Shown: positions 1-8,600 of the stretch, in pieces | How positions within the stretch are numbered: the stretch's first letter is position 1 | How the letters are laid out: every line of letters starts with the position of its first letter | IMG/VR virus record: IMGVR_UViG_3300042880_000331 | DNA length: 20,000 nt | Origin: an uncultured virus (IMG/VR IMGVR_UViG_3300042880_000331) | Taxonomy: Duplodnaviria > Heunggongvirae > Uroviricota > Caudoviricetes | Strand: one strand, 5' to 3' | The notes under the pieces: model-generated | Seen by the model: the letters and a program-made list of their open reading frames with translations, nothing else | Told to the model about the DNA's origin: nothing | Databases searched by the model: none | Program-made: the position numbers and the translations under genes

Positions 1-955
1 GCGAAGTGTCTCCAATTGCAGCGTCGGCAGACTTCTTGCGCTCACCCGCCAGAACAAGGGTGTCTTGCCCTTGCATGAACAGGTTTTGCCGAAGGTCAGC
101 TTCCCCATTGTAGATTGCACGGCACAACCGCGCCAACCCCATGATCGGAGGTTCATCCGCGTCAGGGGTAATGTCCTTGGAGTTGACAAACACGAAGGGG
201 ATCTGGTCCAAGGAAGTTCCCTTCCACAAAGCCTCTTTCATTTCTGACTGCACATAAGCGGGCGTCCCGTTGCCTTCTTCCGTAAACACCCCAAAGCGAT
301 AAACAGGTTCACCGATCGGGTTCCCTGTTTCGTCCACATTGCGATACAGTTCCAGGACACGGTATTTCGACCACGGAACCCAATCAAAGTTGATGTTCCG
401 CTTGTTCGTGCTTTCGTCCATGACCACAAGGGTCAATTTGGCGGGTCCTTCGCCCAGTTCGTCAGCGTCCCAATTGCCCACGGACTCAGCGATGTAAGTT
501 GCAATATAAGGCATAACCGTCGGATCGGTTGTTCCTGCGGGGAGGTCAAAGAACAACCCCATCCGCCCGCTGACAAGTTGTTCTTCGTTGATGCGCCGGA
601 TAAGCATTTCCAGCGACTCGCCGAACAGTGTTGCTTTCTCCCGCAAGGGTTCTAGCACCTTTGGCAAACGAATGGTGGGCGCTTTCTGGTGCAGTAGACC
701 AATGTAGGCTTCCACCGCTTCCTTGACGTAATCCGGAAACAACGCCCGCGTCAAGTAAGCATTGTAAGCTTCTTGTCCGATGTTCTGCTTACCAGATCCC
801 GTGCGCCCCATCCCATCAATGATCATCCCGGACGTTGCGGGCAGGTAAGTTGTCGTCTTGCTCTTAACAACTCGCTCCCCCGCATAGAAATCGCGCATCA
901 TTGCCCAATCTTCACGACGGGCAATGTATTCCGGATGCTTTGCGTCAAGTCCCAT
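1..955 (-). CDS. Phage portal protein (DUF4055-like), 5' part; runs off the window start
   Basis: Not in the ORF track because no stop lies in the window. Manual translation from ATG 955 (RBS AAGGA) gives MGLDAKHPEYIARREDWAMMRDFYAGERVVKSKTTTYLPATSG...AYNAYLTRALFPDYV. The HPEY...W...D...GE..VK....YLP and Y..YL.RA.F motifs are typical of siphovirus portals, and the gene follows terL. Confidence 0.9.
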   Translation of the reverse strand, partial: MGLDAKHPEYIARREDWAMMRDFYAGERVVKSKTTTYLPATSGMIIDGMGRTGSGKQNIGQEAYNAYLTRALFPDYVKEAVEAYIGLLHQKAPTIRLPKVLEPLREKATLFGESLEMLIRRINEEQLVSGRMGLFFDLPAGTTDPTVMPYIATYIAESVGNWDADELGEGPAKLTLVVMDESTNKRNINFDWVPWSKYRVLELYRNVDETGNPIGEPVYRFGVFTEEGNGTPAYVQSEMKEALWKGTSLDQIPFVFVNSKDITPDADEPPIMGLARLCRAIYNGEADLRQNLFMQGQDTLVLAGERKKSADAAIGDTS

Positions 956-1004
956 TTTTGGAATCCTTTTACTTTATTTATTATCACAGCGTCCGTTGCT
1001 ATCC

Positions 1005-2327
1005 CTAGAAGTTTCCAGCCACCTTGCCATTGCCACCGAGCGAACGTCCTGATGGCCAGTGCCAGTCAATGAAATACCCGATTGCCGTGGTGATATGCTG
1101 ATACTTGTTCGAATCATCTTCCTGGAAGGTGGATCCTTCCTTGTGCTGCACTGTTGCCAAACCCTTGTGGCTCCAGGGGGCTTTCTTGGGGTTAACGAAC
1201 AAACTTACTTCGTCCTTTGCATTGCAAATCTTAGCCCGGACAGCGTTCTGCCGGTCTTTGATGGATGGGTGCGCTAAACGGACCCGGCGCTCAAACATCC
1301 AGCCAGCCAACCGAAGCACTTCTTCAATCTCGGTGTAATCCGACTTGTGGCCATGCTTCTCACCAGCACGGCCCGCGGGGTCACCGTAGATGTAGACCTT
1401 CTTGTTTGCATGATCTTTGAATCGCTCCACGAACTCAACTGCGGACTGCCTGCTGATGGCGCTTTCCAGAACGATCTCTTCCAGTAAGTGCGGGACGTTG
1501 TTCCGAATGACCACAATAGCAGAACTCAGCGGTGTGAAGTTCTGGTCGTGCGTCCAGTGAATGATCTCATGATCCATAATGGTGGCAGCGGTATAGTTCC
1601 GCACCCCATAGTCTTCGTAGATACGCCCACCAGCAGTTTCGAACGTCGCACAGTATTCTTGTTGATACTGTTTCTTTGACATGGTCCGCTTCGCAGCTTC
1701 AATAACGTCCGGGGGCAGAATCTCTTCGGACTTCCAGTGAAACAATCCGTAATCGGAATCGCCGCTAGTCCGCGCATATTCTGCCATATCGTAATAATGG
1801 TTTAGGCCGTCCGGAACGCCAATAAACCAGCACCACGCTCGATAAAACGGTCTGCGCGGGTCAACCGTATTAAGTGCGGGCATGATGTTGGCTTCAAGGG
1901 CTTCGGACTTAATGTCCGCAATCTCGTCAATGACCCCGCCAGTCCAGTTGATACCTTCAATCCGCTGGGGCTGATCCAATCCAATAATGTGGATCTCAGT
2001 TCCATTTGGCAGGAACAGTTTCAGTTCACTTTCGCTAGGCTTGCGCTCATGCACCGAGCTCAAGGTGAGCAGCTTCAAGTCGTCCCACCAAATCTTCTTG
2101 GCTTGCGTGTAGGTTGGTGCCGCTGCGAAGTATTTCTCTTCGGGATACCACATTGCCTGGCGGGACAGAAACCGCTTGGCACGTTCTGTCTTGCCCGAGC
2201 GTCGTCCTGCCGGGACAATAGGAAAACGGATTCCATTCTCCACAGCTTCGACAAGTGCCCTCTGGACGGGATGCTCCTTGAGTGCATACCATCTTGACAT
2301 CTGGCGCTCAAGGGCAAGGTTTCCCAT
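1005..2327 (-). CDS. terL: Terminase large subunit
   Basis: Walker A AGRRSGKT, APTYTQAK, Walker B GGVIDE, YQQEYCATF, RNase H-like nuclease region (WTHDQNFTP, YGDPAG). Lies between terS and portal. Confidence 0.96.
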   Translation of the reverse strand: MGNLALERQMSRWYALKEHPVQRALVEAVENGIRFPIVPAGRRSGKTERAKRFLSRQAMWYPEEKYFAAAPTYTQAKKIWWDDLKLLTLSSVHERKPSESELKLFLPNGTEIHIIGLDQPQRIEGINWTGGVIDEIADIKSEALEANIMPALNTVDPRRPFYRAWCWFIGVPDGLNHYYDMAEYARTSGDSDYGLFHWKSEEILPPDVIEAAKRTMSKKQYQQEYCATFETAGGRIYEDYGVRNYTAATIMDHEIIHWTHDQNFTPLSSAIVVIRNNVPHLLEEIVLESAISRQSAVEFVERFKDHANKKVYIYGDPAGRAGEKHGHKSDYTEIEEVLRLAGWMFERRVRLAHPSIKDRQNAVRAKICNAKDEVSLFVNPKKAPWSHKGLATVQHKEGSTFQEDDSNKYQHITTAIGYFIDWHWPSGRSLGGNGKVAGNF

Positions 2328-2746
2328 CAGACAGGAGCCCTCTGTGCAAATTCACGCATCACGTTTGCCAGCTCAGCAGCAGCATCGCCAACAGTGTCTG
2401 GCTTCTCAAACCCGCGCATCAGCGCCAAAGAACGAGCGGCTGCAACCTGTTCAGATTTGCTTCCGGTTGCAATGACGCTACGGTAAGTATTCGCGATCAG
2501 TTCTTTATCAGCTTCCGCAGCTTTCGCAGGATCTTCCGGTGGTCTGCGAGTCAGCTCAAGGACTTTCTTCTGGACATACGCGTCCTCAAGCAAACGCTTG
2601 CCCCATTCGACAGAGTGGGCAGCAATGAAGCCACAACGGATCGCTGCCAGGAAGGGGTTGAAGTCCTGCATATACTCCCCAATGAAGGAATCGCGGAGTG
2701 CGATTTCATCCTGCGTTAGGACTTGTGCTTCGGCTTTATCCTGCAT
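2327..2746 (-). CDS. terS: Terminase small subunit (139 aa; start moved to MQDKAE at 2746)
   Basis: FIGEYMQDFNPFLAAIRCGF...GKRLL resembles the TerS N-terminal HTH signature (F..EY..D.N...AAIRAGY). Stop overlaps the terL ATG. The longer 2869 start in the ORF track runs through a promoter. Confidence 0.85.
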   Translation of the reverse strand: MQDKAEAQVLTQDEIALRDSFIGEYMQDFNPFLAAIRCGFIAAHSVEWGKRLLEDAYVQKKVLELTRRPPEDPAKAAEADKELIANTYRSVIATGSKSEQVAAARSLALMRGFEKPDTVGDAAAELANVMREFAQRAPV

Positions 2747-2788
2747 AGGATTCCCCATAAGTAGTAATAGACCGGAGTTATTGGCCCT

Positions 2789-2851
2789 GAGTATAGGGCA
2801 AGCGGGGCAGTCTTTGCAACGAGGGATTATACAAATTGCATTAGAAGTTTT
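2789..2851 (-). promoter_or_regulatory. Late-type promoter element, copy A (upstream of terS)
   Basis: Minus strand AAAACTTC...ATTTGTATAATCCC..TTGCAA(2819-2814)-N18-TATACT(2795-2790). Near-duplicate of 9770-9831. Confidence 0.75.
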
Positions 2852-2869
2852 CCACAGTTGCTGAATCAC

Positions 2870-3211
2870 CTATGCGGGGGACCTTAGACTGCGGTTAACG
2901 ACAATTTTGATCTTGGGTTCGGTGTTAGGATAAGTGGCGCGCTTTCCGTTTGCGAATAAAATGTCAAACTGACCTTCATAGTTTTCAACTGTGTCTGCAT
3001 CTCCTTGTGCCCAGTCATAGCGTACGACACCTGGATTTGCAACCTCCGTGGTTGCAAGTTGATTATCAATCTTTCTTTGTTCCGTGTCTGGCGCGCCTTC
3101 CCGCACCATCGTGAACCAAACTGTCGCCCCGACCAAACTTACAGGCGGATAAAGCGTATAAATCAGCGAGGGTGTTGTATTGCCCTGCCCAATCATGAAA
3201 ATTTCGGCCAT
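2870..3211 (-). CDS. BppU N-terminal-like (baseplate upper protein-type) adaptor domain protein, 113 aa
   Basis: Pattern I.QG.T.P.L...L...VSLVGATV.F.M...GVVRYDW..GD.DT...Y.GQF.I.FA.G...TYP matches stand-alone BppU-N-like Ig-fold phage proteins. Recognised by eye. Confidence 0.7.
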   Translation of the reverse strand: MAEIFMIGQGNTTPSLIYTLYPPVSLVGATVWFTMVREGAPDTEQRKIDNQLATTEVANPGVVRYDWAQGDADTVENYEGQFDILFANGKRATYPNTEPKIKIVVNRSLRSPA

Positions 3212-3630
3212 CTTTCAACCTTTCCTGTGTTTGGTGAAGCCAGACTGATCAAGCCCGCGGCAGGTCCGGGCAAGAACAAGAAGCCCGTGAGCGTAGGTGT
3301 GGTCAAGACGCCAGTGAGCGCCGTCACGGCCAATCTACCCGTCAACAGATCAGCGTTTGTCAAAGCGCCCGTTTGAGGGTCTTGCAGTACAATTGAACCG
3401 CACAGCGGTTTAGCGTTAAGCGTCCCGAAGGTTAGCCCGTCATCCGTCAGCACCCCGCTAAAGAAGCGGACGGCAAGCGTGCCTGCGCGGTTGCCCCGGT
3501 CCTGAAGCCTGCCACTGGTGACGCTTTCGCCCGGCTCCGCGGTTGGCCCGGAAGATTCGGGTTCAAGGCCAAGCCATGACTCTGTCGCCCATGCTCCTTC
3601 CGCCCATACACCCAGAGCCCAAGTTGTCAT
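3193..3630 (-). CDS. Hypothetical virion protein, 145 aa, with N-terminal W-x4 repeat
   Basis: Start moved to ATG 3630, which forms an ATGA overlap with the upstream stop. Begins MTTWALGVWAEGAWATESW; Gly/Thr/Leu-rich body. Confidence 0.7.
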   Translation of the reverse strand: MTTWALGVWAEGAWATESWLGLEPESSGPTAEPGESVTSGRLQDRGNRAGTLAVRFFSGVLTDDGLTFGTLNAKPLCGSIVLQDPQTGALTNADLLTGRLAVTALTGVLTTPTLTGFLFLPGPAAGLISLASPNTGKVERWPKFS

Positions 3631-4154
3631 GGGGCTGGCCTCCAATTGTCACCAGTCACGCCTGAACCCGCAACCTCGACGTCATTGATGCGCCGCACAT
3701 CAGAGTGAATCGGAGTCGCCTGCGCTGCCGCCAGCACTGCCGCTGCGTTCTGCGCCGCAGTTGGCACGCTGCCGCCTGCCGTTACCACAGTAGACGCGGC
3801 GGACTGGATTAGAAGGGTTTGGAGACCGGCAGTATATGCGATTGAATCTCCGCCGGGGCCTCCGATAAGGTTTCCGCCAGCAACACTGGCGATGTAGCCT
3901 TCTGGACCTCCCTCCGGAAAACGCAGTTGCCAAGACCCCAATAGTTCGACGGTGAGACCGACTTGGACTCCTGGCCCGAGGCTGTTAAGTCCTGATCCGC
4001 GTGCAATTTGACCATAGATAATCCCCTCAATGCTGGCCTGTGCGGCTTTTATCGCAGTGTAAAGCGTCGCGCAGTCAACATCGACCACCCCCGAATCCAC
4101 ATCAATGCGGGACACCACAAAATCAAAGGTGAATGGCGCGGTGTAATAGGCCAT
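3627..4154 (-). CDS. Hypothetical virion structural protein, 175 aa
   Basis: Coupled to both neighbours (TAATG and ATGA overlaps). Gly/Ala/Val-rich, in the same operon as the large fibre-like gene. Confidence 0.8.
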   Translation of the reverse strand: MAYYTAPFTFDFVVSRIDVDSGVVDVDCATLYTAIKAAQASIEGIIYGQIARGSGLNSLGPGVQVGLTVELLGSWQLRFPEGGPEGYIASVAGGNLIGGPGGDSIAYTAGLQTLLIQSAASTVVTAGGSVPTAAQNAAAVLAAAQATPIHSDVRRINDVEVAGSGVTGDNWRPAP

Positions 4155-5596
4155 TACACATCACTGTTTCGGCTTGCGTTCACGCTACCGCCCGCGTTGG
4201 TGATCGAAAGCGTTGTTGAAAACGGCACGATAGGCGATCCGCCGCTTCCGTTGCGCACATCGACGCGGGTGTTGAAGTTGGCCGAGTAGATGAAGGTGAC
4301 GCTTTCGGCTGCACCCGTCGCCTGCCGGTCAATGAAAGGCACAAACACATCATCCGCCGTGACAATGTTACTCGCCAGTGCCGGGGACAGACCTGAGAAG
4401 GTCTTGGTGCCAGCGTTGAAGGACGAGTATGTGTACCGCAGCCCCTTGATCCGGATGACACCCGTTGAAGGCGTGTCGGTCTTGATGCTTTCCACAATTT
4501 GCAGGGCCGTGGCCCCCGAGGACGCCGCAACGGGCGTGTATTCGTCTTTCAGCAGCCCGCCTGATCCGTTGTCCCGCGCCACAAGCACCCGGTCGCCGGA
4601 CACAAGGTTGCCCACGGTGATGCCCACCACGGTCGGCGGAACCTGCGTTGTGCCATCATGGGCGATAAGCTGGTAGCGTGTTGCCTCCGCCGGAAGAACG
4701 CCGGTAATCCACCAGCCTTGCGCAAGGAAGAATGTACCCCCCGCGAAGGTGCCGAAGGGTGCCGCAGGAATTTCGGTGTAGGCCGCGTTCAGCACCCGGT
4801 AGCGCCATCCGGGGACGCTGTTCAGGGTGGCCGCGCTGTTTTCCCGCGTGAGGTATTGCAGGTATTGGTAGGCTTCTGACAACGTGGCACCGCCAGACAG
4901 CGTGATGGTGCCTTTATACAGCTTGCCGCCGTTGCCATTGCCGAGGTCCTGCGTGGTATCGCCGAAGGTCACAGCGACCTTCGCAGAAAGCGCGGCCGCT
5001 TGAATTTCGGTCAACAGGATATTGCTGTCCAGGGCTGTTGAAAGAGCCGCGTTGCTTTCGCCACCCGCCGCAAGGTTCACGTCAAAGTGCGAATATGCTT
5101 GCCCCCATTTCCGGCTGAATGCGGTGACGTTGCCGCTGTCGATAAGGGAGCCGCCCGTGCGGACCTTGACGAGGATTTGCACGTGACCGTTCGGCCAGAA
5201 ACTTGTAATCTTGCTGCCGCTTTGAACAACATAGATCGGACTGCCTGCGACAATGCCGCCGATGGTTTTCAGGCCGGAGTATTGGACCGCCGCCCCGGTT
5301 TGCTTGATCGAGCCGAAGTTGACAAACTGCGCGGCAGTGTCGTCAAGATTGAAGGCAACCGCGCCCTCAGTCAGCAGGTTCAAGCGCGAAGCAACTGCCG
5401 CATCGCGCGGGCCGTCCAGCTTCGACGGGTTCGGCGCGATAATATCAAGCAGGTCATTGCCCGTTGCCGCCGCATCATCTGCCAAGTCCTGCAACCACTG
5501 GTGCAGTTCCAGCACCGAGTAGACCGTTGTCCCGGCCCCCGCTTGGCGGCGGATGTCACCCGTTGCGGATATGGTGAAATCGGTTTGTATCAGCAT
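4154..5596 (-). CDS. Putative virion structural protein, 480 aa
   Basis: RBS AAGGAA. Thr/Gly/Ala/Ser-rich, beta-rich composition. N-terminal YSVLELHQWLQDLADD. C-terminal domain resembles that of the 1364-aa protein. Confidence 0.85.
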   Translation of the reverse strand: MLIQTDFTISATGDIRRQAGAGTTVYSVLELHQWLQDLADDAAATGNDLLDIIAPNPSKLDGPRDAAVASRLNLLTEGAVAFNLDDTAAQFVNFGSIKQTGAAVQYSGLKTIGGIVAGSPIYVVQSGSKITSFWPNGHVQILVKVRTGGSLIDSGNVTAFSRKWGQAYSHFDVNLAAGGESNAALSTALDSNILLTEIQAAALSAKVAVTFGDTTQDLGNGNGGKLYKGTITLSGGATLSEAYQYLQYLTRENSAATLNSVPGWRYRVLNAAYTEIPAAPFGTFAGGTFFLAQGWWITGVLPAEATRYQLIAHDGTTQVPPTVVGITVGNLVSGDRVLVARDNGSGGLLKDEYTPVAASSGATALQIVESIKTDTPSTGVIRIKGLRYTYSSFNAGTKTFSGLSPALASNIVTADDVFVPFIDRQATGAAESVTFIYSANFNTRVDVRNGSGGSPIVPFSTTLSITNAGGSVNASRNSDV

Positions 5597-5611
5597 TCAT
5601 CGGTTCCTTTA

Positions 5612-8600
5612 TTAGTCGGATTCTTGAAGGGCGACGACATTTGCCGCTGCCGAAGGGGAAATGGACGCCTGCGTGACCCAGGGCCTATAGGCGGTCGCGC
5701 CGCTGGCGTTTCTCGCCTCGATCTCGACCGATCCTGTGTATTGGAAGTCGAAGTTAAGGGTCGTTCCCGCCCCGCAAAACGCCTGTTGCAGCAAGGCCCC
5801 CGTGTCCACCCGTGTCACCTTCACCCGCGATTGCGGGACAAGATTGGTGATGTTGACCAGTGACCCCGGAAGGGGATGCGGGATTTGCTGATCTGTCGCG
5901 TTGGTCTGGATACCCGCCGAAAACCCGGTTGTAAGCGTACCCGCTGCGGCCACAATCGCGCGGCACCGGATTTGCAAGAGATAGCCATTGGTCGGGCTGA
6001 CCGCGACGTTAACCGGCGAGAAGCTGATTGTGCCGTTTGCGCCAAGCGGGCTGGAAATGAAAGCGTTGGAGACAGTAATCACGTCCCCGACGATGTTCGT
6101 GATTGTCGTATCCTGCGGCAGGCGGAAGGTGCTGTGCTGGATAAAATCCCCGATCTGCGGCTGGCGTGTCAGTGCAGCCCTGTCGGCAGAGTTCATTGTG
6201 ACCGTGGTAGCGCCGTTTGCCGGGTCGCCGTTGGTGCGCACCGTATTTGCAAGGAACGTCCAAGACGCGCCGAAACCGCCGCCCGTGTCGATCTTGTATT
6301 CCCAGATCAGGTTTTGCGTGGCCGTCCCGCCGGGTGATCCACCGCCACCGAAAGCGGTGTGACCATAAAACCGATAGGGCGAGGTCCAGACTGCTTCATC
6401 CGTCAGCTTTGAAAGAACAATGCTGCCCGAGCCGGTATAGCCGGAGCCGATCCCGAACGTGCCGGAAAACTGGCTTGCGGAAGCGGCTGTAGGCTCGTTT
6501 GCCATGACCGAAATGCGCCCGGTCGTGGTGGAGTTATAAGCATCATCCCAATGCGTGCCGTTTGCGTTCGCAAATCCACGCCGGAAATTCGACCAGCGAC
6601 CGCCTCGGCTGGTGATGGAAGGGCCGCTTAAATCAATGAATTGCGATCCAGTCGCCCAGACATCGAACATTTGGACCAACGGCATGGTTGTGACGAAATT
6701 CACCGCCCCGGTGCGATTATTCGTGGTGTAGATACGCCGGAACGTGGCCTCGGAACCCGGCCCCCCGTTTACGATAAACCCCATAGGATTTGCTGAACCG
6801 CAGTCGTATGGAGCAGTGGGGGTGCCGATGTTGGAGATTTTCAGGTTGGAGAAGTACCCGGCAGCAAGGTTAACGATGTGGTCATAGGGATGTACATTGG
6901 ACAGCCCGCCGAGCGATGAAAAGCCGTCAAGCTCGATGTTTGTGCCAGTGAAGGCGAAAGCCGAACTTGCCACTGCGGGGGTGCCGCCAGTCATCACATC
7001 GGCGTATTTGAAGTTCTTGATCAGGCCGTTTGAGTTTCCCGCGCCAATTGTCGTCTGCCCATTGATGACTTCGCAATCCTCGAACACGAAGTTGGACATA
7101 CCCAAGTTCACAATGCCAAACTGCCCCGGCCCGGTCGTCTGCCTTTGCGACAGGCCCTGCCAGCGGGCAATCAGGTCAAACCGGCACCGACGAAAGGCGA
7201 CATTCGTGGTGGACGTTGCTGAGAAAACCAAAGTGTTACTGCGGCGGGTAAACCGGCTATCCGTTGCACCCCCGGCAAAGGCGTTTGCAAATGCTAGAGC
7301 GGTCGTGCTTGAAGGCATCAGGCCCACACCGACGCAAGAGTTGGTGATTGCGGTGCTGCTAATATACTGTGTGGTGCAGCTATCGGAAATTACCATGTTC
7401 CCGGTATTGAACCAATTCAGCACAGCCCCTTTAACCGTGGGGCCGGGATTGCCGGAGTTGAAGTAATACCGCGTGTTCAGCGCGGTCAGCATCGGCGCGG
7501 CGCTATCTACCGGCTGCGTGGTGGACAGGAAGACGTTCGGTATCCTGACCTTGCAGCCTGACGGTGGCTTGAAACCGGAATTGTTCGCCCCGCGAAGCGC
7601 AATCTGCACAGTTCCCGCTATCGGGTCCACGCCGCAATGCTTTCCGCGCACATCGGTCGGGATGAAGGAGAAAGTCGCCATTTCCAGCCGCGACAGGGCG
7701 ATATTGACACCCTCGGAGGCGCTGCCAGTGAAGGACGGCAGGCCGTTCACATAGGTAGGGGTTGCGGAGTTGGAGGTCGCAATAGTTATCGCGCCGGTCC
7801 CCGTGTGGTTTACTGAGACCTTGACCTCATAAATCCCGCCGCCAAGCGCCGTGATGGAAGATGCTGTCCCGGTCGGACTCCCGACATTAGGGACGGCGCT
7901 GAGTGTACCTGCCACAAAGTCCACCAACACACCGAAGCGGTCGGCACTGTTGTTCGTGGCAAACTGCACCACGACCCACTGCCGCGTGTCGCGCAGTATC
8001 CGCGCAGTGAAGGTGGCGGCTCCAGCCGGGAAGCTGGTGTTGTTCGCACCAAGCGCAAAGGACGCACTGTGAACCCCTGCTACCGCCGTTTCCCGGATAC
8101 GTTCTGCGGCTGGATAGGGAAACGCCGAAATAGCATTCCTTGTCAGGGTCGCATTGGTGGCGGTCAGCCCTTCATTGACGGTGTGGTGGCCGTTCCAAAT
8201 GTCGCCTGCGTTGGCATACCACTCATAAACGCCCGATCCGGGGGCAGTCTCAATCTGGACGCCCCCCAATTCCTCGCGCACAGGCAGCGTGAAAGTCTGG
8301 TTATCCGCGCCGTTCGTTGTTCCAAGGTCGTACCAGTCGCCATCGACAACACAAGAGGACAGGCGAGGCACTGCCATAAAGACGCTGGTGCCGCCAATGG
8401 TGCGGGCGATGACCTGAATAGCGCCCCGCTTGCCCGCATTGCTGGCAACGATAGTCGCACCACCCGGCAGCGTGATTGTCTCGCCCGCTTGGAAGTTGCC
8501 GGTCTTGGACCGCAGCTTGATGTAGCCCGCCGCAGGCATTGCAGCGCCCGCTACAGCCGGGTCAAACGATCCGCTGGCCCATACACGGGTCAACTCGCCC

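Noticed and set aside
1060..1110. TerL C-terminal motif reads QHITTA rather than the common DHxxDA
   Set aside because: Nearby acidic residues (EDD) could substitute and the ORF is intact. Probably a subfamily variant, and not assessable without an alignment.
2747..2869. N-terminal extensions given by the ORF track (terS from 2869; similarly starts at 10287, 12707, 13299, 14965, 16751)
   Set aside because: They run through promoters or upstream genes. Downstream starts have RBSs or stop/start overlaps.
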